Below are positions 1 through 5,566 of a stretch of 6,206 nucleotides of DNA, piece after piece (within the stretch, counting starts at the first letter, position 1; the number at the start of each line of letters is the position of its first letter). Under the pieces are notes generated by a model that worked only from the letters and a program-made list of their open reading frames with translations, was not told the DNA's origin and searched no databases. Made by a program: the position numbers and the translations under genes. The DNA is from Okeania sp. (GTDB lineage Bacteria > Cyanobacteriota > Cyanobacteriia > Cyanobacteriales > Microcoleaceae). The DNA lies in the NCBI RefSeq assembly GCF_035285525.1, contig NZ_JAYKGW010000256.1:1-6206 (forward strand), written 5' to 3'.

Positions 1-250
1 CAAACTTTCCAGCCCAAGAGAAATTTATCTAATTCTAATTCTGAGACTTTCTACAATCAGAAAATTTCAGTGACTTTCTTTTCTCTAGAACTCTTTTTTG
101 AGGAATATGAGAAAAATTGATTTCTGGGAAAACTGCTCGGAACAGAAGATTAATATTTAGGCAAAGTTCAGAACATTTTATTCATCCACAGAAATCATAT
201 TAAATTAAAGACAATCCCAGAATAATTACAAAAATTAGTCTGAAAATATA

Positions 251-562
251 TCAGTTTTTTCTGGCATTCAAATCTGTAGCAAAATCTTCATAAGATCGTA
301 ATGATGTAACCTCAATATTTACATATTGCCCTAATTTTTTCACAATGGGTAAATCCATAATTATTTGGTCAAGTTGATCGGAAGATTCCACATTAACAAT
401 AGCTATTACTCTACGAGTTCCCACACACTTCCAGATATTTAGTACAACTCCTGCTTTCTGGGCACCCATTGCAGCATCTGCTTCTTCGCTCCAAATAGTA
501 AATAATTCTTCTTGGCTCATAGTAGGAGGATATTGTACTCGAAAGTCTAAGTGATACAACAT
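251..562 (-). CDS. Muconolactone delta-isomerase-like small protein (MIase family), 103 aa
   Basis: Complete ORF with an ATG start (reverse complement of cat at 560-562). The size (~100 aa) and N-terminus MLYHLDFRVQ.P..M fit the family. Recalled CatC-type muconolactone isomerases (MLFHV...V.LP..M ... W...G ... LP ... IEV..L) align with ...NIWKCVG...LDQIIMDLPI...NIEVTSL. Homology is from memory, not from a search. Confidence 0.8.
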   Translation of the reverse strand: MLYHLDFRVQYPPTMSQEELFTIWSEEADAAMGAQKAGVVLNIWKCVGTRRVIAIVNVESSDQLDQIIMDLPIVKKLGQYVNIEVTSLRSYEDFATDLNARKN

Positions 563-962
563 AGTGATTTTAGTTTACATAACATCAGTTTCTAATTCTA
601 TCATGCCAAAAGAATGTAATACCATTTTGAAAAAAAATTTGACTCTAGGGGTTGATTTACTAAATCTCTCACACTAAACAAAAAAATTATTGGAGATTAA
701 ATTTTACAACAGATTCCGCTTTTATCAGGTACACCTAAGCGATAAAAATGCGAATATTTAATAATTAAATATATGCTTCAGATACTGGGAATTTGCTATA
801 TATTTATCTGCATTTTTCATTTCTAGTTATGATAGAAACTAAAACACCAAAGTTTGATTGACTAACTGCCAAATTACTTGATATGAGACTATGTAGAAAA
901 TTGATTTATGTTTAAATTTTTCCTGAACGGATGATGAGTATTTATTGGAACCTCACAGAATT

Positions 963-2732
963 TTACTTATCCAAAGGAATAATATTAAATGAAATACAAA
1001 TTCTCTGACTGTCTCCAATAAATGGAATAGTAGAATGCCAAAAATAGGAAGGAAAAATTACTAATAATCCTGGTTGTGGTTTAACCTTATACTTTTCTTG
1101 ATTTTCCATGTCTAATTCTGATATAAAACAACTGTCAAAATTTAAGTAACCTGCCCCAGAATTATTTTCTTTTATAGTATTTGGAACTTGAATATAATAA
1201 ACCCCACTGCAATAACTTTCGGGGTGAATATGAGAATTTTGGAATCCTTCCGATTCTAAAACAACTGCCCAACCACTTAACTTCCAGTCTGAGGGTAAAT
1301 TATGAAAAAATTGATAATTAGAGTTATCCGTAAAACGACTAAAATAATCATGGAGATAACGATTAATTTTTTGACTTAGTGTTGTCATTATAGGATTATT
1401 ATCTGTAAAAATTTCGTAGGTTTGACTACCTCTATTTATTGGTTTACCTGGTCGATTTTTTAAAAGAGTAGGATGTTGAATAATGTAATCTTTCAAGTCA
1501 CTATTATAAGCTGTCAAATTTTCCCATCCTTCTACATTCTGAAACTGGTATTTAGCTACTAATTTTGAACAATCAAAGATTGATTCAGCTTCAGAATTTT
1601 TGTCTATATCTTGTAAAGCTAAACCCAAATGAGCATAAGCTTTAATATGTTTAGGATTAATATTTATAGCTTTTTCAAATTGAGCGATCGCTTCTTCAGA
1701 TTTACCTATTTCTCGCCAAGCTATTCCTAATTTTGCATAAGCATCAGCAGAATTATAATTAAGTTTAATAATTTTCTGATATAGCTTAACTGCTGCTTCC
1801 CAGTCAGATTTTTTTCCGAAAATTTCTGCTAAACCTGCCATAGCATTAACAGAATTTTTATCATGCTTTAATGCTGCGTTATAACTATTAATTGCTAATT
1901 CATATTTTTCCTGTTGACTTAACAGAAAACCTAAATTTATATGAGCATCCGCAGAAGTAGGAATTAAATCAACAACAGCTTGATAACAAGCTTCAGCTAC
2001 ATCGACTCTTCCTTGTTCATAAAAAGTAGCAGCAATATTAGTTAAACATTCTGTAGAATGAGGATTAATTTCTAATGCTTTTTGATAAGTTTTTTGTGAT
2101 TCTTTGAGGTTGCCACGGCGATAAAATGCCATACCTAAAGATGATAAAGCATCAAAATTATTGGGAACTATTGAAATAGCTTTTATGTAGGCAGATATTG
2201 CTTTATCCAACTTCCCTTGAGTTTGAAATATATCCCCCAGAGTTATATTAACTCGCGGATGATTTGGATTAATAATTAAAGCTTTTTCTAGGGAAGCGAT
2301 CGCTTCTTCTATGATTCCTTTTTCTGTCAAAGCAATTCCTAAATTTAGGTAAGAGTCAGCAGAATTTTGATTTAGTTCAATCGCCCGTTTATAACAGTCA
2401 ATAGCATTATCTAGTTGTTGAGAAGCGCGATAAGTATTGCCGAGATTATTGAGGTAGCCAAAATTATTAGGTTCTAGATTAATAGCCTTATTTATTAAAT
2501 TTATGGCACTTTTATTATTTCCCATTTGCGCTTTAAGTACCCCCAGATAATTTAAGACTTGAGAATTATTTGGTTCCGACTGAATAATTTTTTCATAGAT
2601 AACTTTTGCCTCTTGTAGTTTTCCGTTTTTGTGAAAAGATAAAGCATAGGATAAGGCATTTTCTGGGAGATTATTGTTTAGTAGTTTTTGACTTTTATTT
2701 TTAGTTGCTTTTCTTCTTTGTTCTCGGTTCAT
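963..2732 (-). CDS. TPR-repeat protein with C-terminal putative 2OG-Fe(II) oxygenase-like domain (PF13759/TIGR02466-type), 589 aa
   Basis: Long uninterrupted ORF with an ATG at 2730-2732. About 10 consecutive 34-aa TPR-like units have the recurring A..Y.KAL/AI..NP motif (roughly 1550-2650). The C-terminal ~190 aa carry SHIHPESYCSGVYYIQVP (His codons at 1230-1232 and 1224-1226) and LLVIFPSYFWHSTIPF...RICISFN (His codon at 1035-1037). These motifs are typical of the 2OG-FeII_Oxy_5 family. Two HIP1 sites fall in AIA codons. Confidence 0.9.
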   Translation of the reverse strand: MNREQRRKATKNKSQKLLNNNLPENALSYALSFHKNGKLQEAKVIYEKIIQSEPNNSQVLNYLGVLKAQMGNNKSAINLINKAINLEPNNFGYLNNLGNTYRASQQLDNAIDCYKRAIELNQNSADSYLNLGIALTEKGIIEEAIASLEKALIINPNHPRVNITLGDIFQTQGKLDKAISAYIKAISIVPNNFDALSSLGMAFYRRGNLKESQKTYQKALEINPHSTECLTNIAATFYEQGRVDVAEACYQAVVDLIPTSADAHINLGFLLSQQEKYELAINSYNAALKHDKNSVNAMAGLAEIFGKKSDWEAAVKLYQKIIKLNYNSADAYAKLGIAWREIGKSEEAIAQFEKAININPKHIKAYAHLGLALQDIDKNSEAESIFDCSKLVAKYQFQNVEGWENLTAYNSDLKDYIIQHPTLLKNRPGKPINRGSQTYEIFTDNNPIMTTLSQKINRYLHDYFSRFTDNSNYQFFHNLPSDWKLSGWAVVLESEGFQNSHIHPESYCSGVYYIQVPNTIKENNSGAGYLNFDSCFISELDMENQEKYKVKPQPGLLVIFPSYFWHSTIPFIGDSQRICISFNIIPLDK

Positions 2733-3030
2733 ATTTTTTATCTTTATCAGTAGTTGTGCAAAATAAATTTGTTAGTGGAAAGAGAAAAAACTGTAAGCAT
2801 TAAGTAGTCAGCTATCTATTTTATTTTCAGATAAAAGCTTTATGATAGGGTACGGTTCCCGATAAATCGGTGATAAGTCAGCAATTTTATCTGACTACAA
2901 AATTCGGCTTTCACTTTCTTTATTCGTTTAAATATTTTCCTTAAGGTTGAGGTTTTTTCGGATGTGTAACTAATTTTGTTTATGAACTTAGCTAATATCA
3001 GGTTAATAATTTTTCAATACTAAATATAAC

Positions 3031-3149
3031 AATCCGTGCAGAGGTTGTAACAATTCAAAAACTAGAAATAAACCCCAAAACTATTACCCATTACCCATTG
3101 CCAAAAACCAGTAAGATTTTTGACACGAATAAAGTAGGATTGCTATAGC
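3031..3149 (+). repeat. Copy A of a duplicated ~120-bp intergenic cassette (conserved 50-bp block, variable middle, promoter-like block)
   Basis: By hand alignment, 3031-3080 versus 5221-5270 gives 41/50 identical, and 3116-3149 versus 5314-5347 gives 28/34 identical. The middle segment differs in length and sequence. In copy A it contains ATTACCC ATTACCC ATTGCC (3083-3102). Confidence 0.7.
3120..3149 (+). promoter_or_regulatory. Sigma70-type promoter candidate with extended -10 (in cassette copy A)
   Basis: TTGACA (3120-3125), an 18-nt spacer ending in TGC (TG at 3141-3142), then TATAGC (3144-3149). The architecture is conserved in copy B. The predicted TSS is near 3156, about 360-385 nt upstream of the HNH reading frame. 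Confidence 0.45.
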
Positions 3150-3807
3150 ATTAAATTTTTGAATAATTTTGAAAAAATAATTGAATCAAATATTTAATTT
3201 ATTTAACCTTTCTTTGACTAAGCTACCTAGTAATTTTTTTGGGGTTCATATCAATTTTGAATAAAGATAAAAATCTATCACCTTTAGCAAATGAGTAAGA
3301 GAGAATTAGGAAATATAAAAAAGTATTTTTCCCAAATATGAGAAGCACTCAATTTGTTCATTATAGATCGATAGAGTTAAGATAACAACAAAACTTATAA
3401 ACTATGGAACTATTAGAGCAGCTCTTGAAGTTATAAAACTGCCAAAAAATATTTAACTGAACTGTATTCCCTTATAGATAACCTGATAATCTAAAATTAA
3501 CTAAACAAAATAAAAATATCACAATATCGCTCCAACAAAAATAGGCGCACTACGAAGAGCAGCTCAAAAAATAGGTATTACTTTAGCAGAATATATAGCA
3601 AATAAAGAAGTAGATTTAAAATGGTGTACTAAGTGTAAACAATGGAAACATATAGAAAATTTTGGGAAGGATAAATCAAGATATGATGGATTAAATTCTA
3701 TTTGTAAAAGTTGTAAAAATCAACGCAAAACATCTCGACCCGGACGTAAAGAACGTGAAGCTAAAAAGCTTGAAGGTTTAAAATGGTGTAGAGGATGTCA
3801 AAAATAT

Positions 3808-4218
3808 TTGCCTTCTCAAGAAGTTAAATCAGGAGCTTGCAAGTTTCATCTTGCAGCAGAAGCTAGACAAAGATATGCAAATAATGAAAAACATAGATTG
3901 GAAAGAAGACAACATTCTCGTAGTAGAAAGAGAAATGTCGATCCGATCCCTTATGAAGGACAAAACTTCTTGATGGAAATATTCGAGGCAAAATGCGCTT
4001 ATTGTTTCAAACCAGCTAATACTTGGGACTATATTATTCCTATATCTAAAGGAGGACAAACTACACCTCGTAATGTTGTTCTTGCTTGTATTAAGTGTAA
4101 TAGCTCTAAGAATAATCAAGATGAAGATGTTTTTGAATGGATGAACAAAAAATCTATTACTCCTCATCCTGAGTTTATCAATAGAATTATTATTTCTAAA
4201 TGTGGACTTTATGGTTAG
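3808..4218 (+). CDS. HNH endonuclease-family protein. This is the minimal model with a TTG start. The reading frame is actually open from 3514 and encodes CxxC zinc-ribbon-like repeats upstream.
   Basis: HNH/ββα-Me signature CAYCFKPANTWDYIIPISKGGQTTPRNVVLACIKCNSSKNN (3994-4116): CxxC ... D[H->Y]IIP.SKGG ... N ... CxxCN..K. Upstream and in frame there is no ATG, GTG or TTG between the stop at 3511-3513 and 3808. That stretch nevertheless reads IGALRRAAQKIGITLAEYIANKEVDLKWCTKCKQWKHIENFGKDKSRYDGLNSICKSCKN, which is clearly protein-like. The true N-terminus is therefore uncertain: a non-canonical start or a decayed gene. Confidence 0.75.
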   Translation: MPSQEVKSGACKFHLAAEARQRYANNEKHRLERRQHSRSRKRNVDPIPYEGQNFLMEIFEAKCAYCFKPANTWDYIIPISKGGQTTPRNVVLACIKCNSSKNNQDEDVFEWMNKKSITPHPEFINRIIISKCGLYG

Positions 4219-4335
4219 ATCAGTTCTACCTGTAATTCAATACTTATTAGACATCTCCAATAATAAAAAATAAAACTAATTATTTCCCCTTATTCTCTAC
4301 TTCCTCTTTTCTTTAAATGTCTATTCTATTACCGA

Positions 4336-4380
4336 ATAATTAATAATTAAATAATTAAATAATTAAATAATTAAATAATT
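4336..4380. repeat. Microsatellite, about 5.5 copies of the 8-bp unit ATAATTAA
   Basis: Read directly: ATAATTA, then ATAATTAA x4 (4343-4374), then ATAATT. It abuts the GC-rich island that starts at 4381. Confidence 0.9.
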
Positions 4381-4528
4381 CGCACCTTGAAGCCTCCTCT
4401 TTAAAGGAAAAAAAGCGGTCGTTTTCGGCGCTTGAGTAGACATGAAACGCTGCGCGACATGAAAAGCGGAGCTGAGATGGATGGGTTCCCTAACCATATC
4501 TAATCTCCCCTTGAGAAATAATTTTTTT
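4381..4528. ncRNA. GC-rich structured island, a candidate small structured RNA or terminator region (strand undetermined)
   Basis: Hand count gives 60 G+C in 4381-4500 (50%), against a very AT-rich background. Hairpins: TCCT/AGGA (4395-4408); AAGCG-G-TCG-TTTT-CGG-CGCTT (4413-4433); AGAT-GG-ATGG-loop-CCAT-ATCT (4475-4501). There is a direct repeat GACATGAAA at 4439-4447 and 4456-4464. The island is flanked by A7 (4408-4414) and T7 (4522-4528). It has no convincing ORF. Confidence 0.3.
4408..4433 (-). terminator. Possible intrinsic terminator read on the minus strand
   Basis: The hairpin at 4413-4433 is preceded on the plus strand by A7, so on the minus strand the stem-loop is followed by a U-run. 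Two caveats apply. The inner T·G wobble pair only forms in plus-strand RNA, and no minus-strand gene lies upstream of it. Confidence 0.3.
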
Positions 4529-4858
4529 CCTTTGATTCAATCCTCTTCCTTTTAGGGAAAGGTAATTATCAATTATCCATTATTGAATAGCTTTAATTCA
4601 ATCTGTGTACTCAAAATACAGAATTATTAAACTCTAATTATCAACTAAAATATTTTTATATTAATTACTAAATCATACTTTTTTTAGTTAAAATAAACTT
4701 TTCTCCAGAAAGATGAAAACTGAAAATAATCTCAATAAAAAAATATAATAATTGCTGAATATCAAGAATAGTTAAATATTAAAAAAAGACAAAGATATAG
4801 ACAAAACTTCCCTAAAAAACTTATGTTAAACAAAACGAATTAAAAACTTTATCTAATC

Positions 4859-5188
4859 ATGGCAAAACTAACTCACAAAGAAATATTCGACCTCCTAATC
4901 AAAGAAGTTCTTGAAGCTTTCCCACAGATGGAAAATAAGTTAGATTTTGTATCTAAAGATATTTTAGATCATCTTCTCTCTAATAGCGATCGCGTGCGAG
5001 AAAGATTGCGTAAAAGTTCCTTTACAAAAGATGATGGAGAAATTAGTCAAACCGAAGCTTTTTTGCTTACCTGGGTGGATGAAGTATGGGATGTAGAAAA
5101 TGGTAATCAAGAATTATATGAGAAATTTATGTCTGAATTAAATGGAACACCACAGGAGTTTGATTTATATGACAAAGAAGTACCTTAA
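4859..5188 (+). CDS. Hypothetical small acidic protein, 109 aa
   Basis: Complete ATG-to-TAA ORF with non-repetitive, helix-like sequence. By hand count it has about 25 D/E versus 13 K/R. It contains a HIP1 site (4986-4993) read as SDR. I recognise no family, and no Shine-Dalgarno is evident, which is common in cyanobacteria. Confidence 0.5.
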   Translation: MAKLTHKEIFDLLIKEVLEAFPQMENKLDFVSKDILDHLLSNSDRVRERLRKSSFTKDDGEISQTEAFLLTWVDEVWDVENGNQELYEKFMSELNGTPQEFDLYDKEVP

Positions 5189-5220
5189 ATTAATTAATAA
5201 TTAATAATGAAAACTATAGT

Positions 5221-5347
5221 AATCTGTGCTGGTGTTGTCACAAATCAAAAACTATAAATTAACTCCAAAAACCTTACTTCTTGTCTTCAGAACTATTCCC
5301 AAATAGTAGTAGAATTTTTGACAATAATAAAATCAGATTGCTATATC
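5221..5347 (+). repeat. Copy B of the duplicated ~120-bp intergenic cassette
   Basis: Same alignment as copy A and same orientation, 2190 bp downstream. Both copies keep the small dyad TTGTnACAA (3045-3053, 5235-5243) and the block ATTTTTGACA..AATAAA....GATTGCTATA. Confidence 0.7.
5318..5347 (+). promoter_or_regulatory. Sigma70-type promoter candidate with extended -10 (in cassette copy B)
   Basis: TTGACA (5318-5323), an 18-nt spacer ending in TGC, then TATATC (5342-5347). The predicted TSS is near 5354. It points into an ORF-free leader and the tandem array. Confidence 0.45.
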
Positions 5348-5448
5348 TCTAATTAATAATTGATGGATAGTAGATAATAAAAACTATCTCTAATTAGGGT
5401 TTGCGTATGGAAGTCTTTTTGCCAAGGTAGGGAGTAGGGAACAGTCAA

Positions 5449-5491
5449 GAGTTGGTCGGAAAAATTATCCCTTGATTTTTCGGCCTAACTC
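5449..5491 (+). other. Long imperfect hairpin in the leader between cassette B and the tandem array
   Basis: The arms GAGTTGGTCGGAAAAA (5449-5464) and TTTTTCGGCCTAACTC (5476-5491) pair over 16 positions, with 2 mismatches and 1 G·T, around an 11-nt loop. It lies within a GC-richer patch (5398-5495) that also has GTAGGGA x2 (5427-5440). Confidence 0.4.
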
Positions 5492-5566
5492 TTACCAAAA
5501 TACTATTTTTTTTAGCTTTCTTAGGCAAAAATTTGGTACTTTTTTTACCTACAAATTCTAAAAACT

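Noticed and set aside
1-120. Open plus-strand frame from the window edge to TGA at 118-120 (…QTFQPKRNLSNSNSETFYNQKISVTFFSLELFFEEYEKN), possibly the 3' end of an upstream gene
   Set aside because: Only 39 codons are visible, with no recognisable motif and no terminator. It cannot be supported without the upstream sequence.
182-190. DnaA-box-like 9-mer TCATCCACA
   Set aside because: It is a single copy with one mismatch to TTATCCACA. There is no cluster of boxes or AT-rich unwinding element arrangement, so it is most likely a chance match.
3829-4167. 112-aa ORF on the minus strand
   Set aside because: It lies entirely antisense to the HNH reading frame, which carries clear family motifs. Its translation (FFVHPFKNIFILIIL...) is the hydrophobic, low-information kind expected from an AT-rich shadow frame, and I recognise no motif in it.
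4442-4503. Mini-ORFs in the GC island (MKRCAT, MKSGAEMDGFPNHI; minus strand MSRSVSCLLKRRKRPLFFL)
   Set aside because: They are 6-19 codons long, overlap predicted hairpins, and have no ribosome-binding context. Sequence alone cannot support them. They could be revisited if ribosome profiling shows occupancy.
4481-4504. tRNA-like T-arm (ATGGG-TTCCCTA-ACCAT) in the GC island
   Set aside because: The loop does not fit the TTCRANY consensus and the last stem pair is G·A. No complementary acceptor 5' strand exists about 65 nt upstream for the ATCTAAT that follows. It is not a tRNA.
4604-4620. NtcA/CRP-like palindrome TGTGTACTCAAAATACA
   Set aside because: The spacing is GTA-N7-TAC (TGT-N11-ACA) rather than the NtcA consensus GTA-N8-TAC. 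There is no suitably placed -10 element that I could align.
4842-4855. 14-bp identity AAAAACTTTATCTA shared between the region just upstream of the acidic ORF start and the left edge of the tandem array (5560-5573)
   Set aside because: In a sequence this AT-rich, roughly one such 14-mer coincidence is expected by chance within 6 kb, and the flanks do not align.
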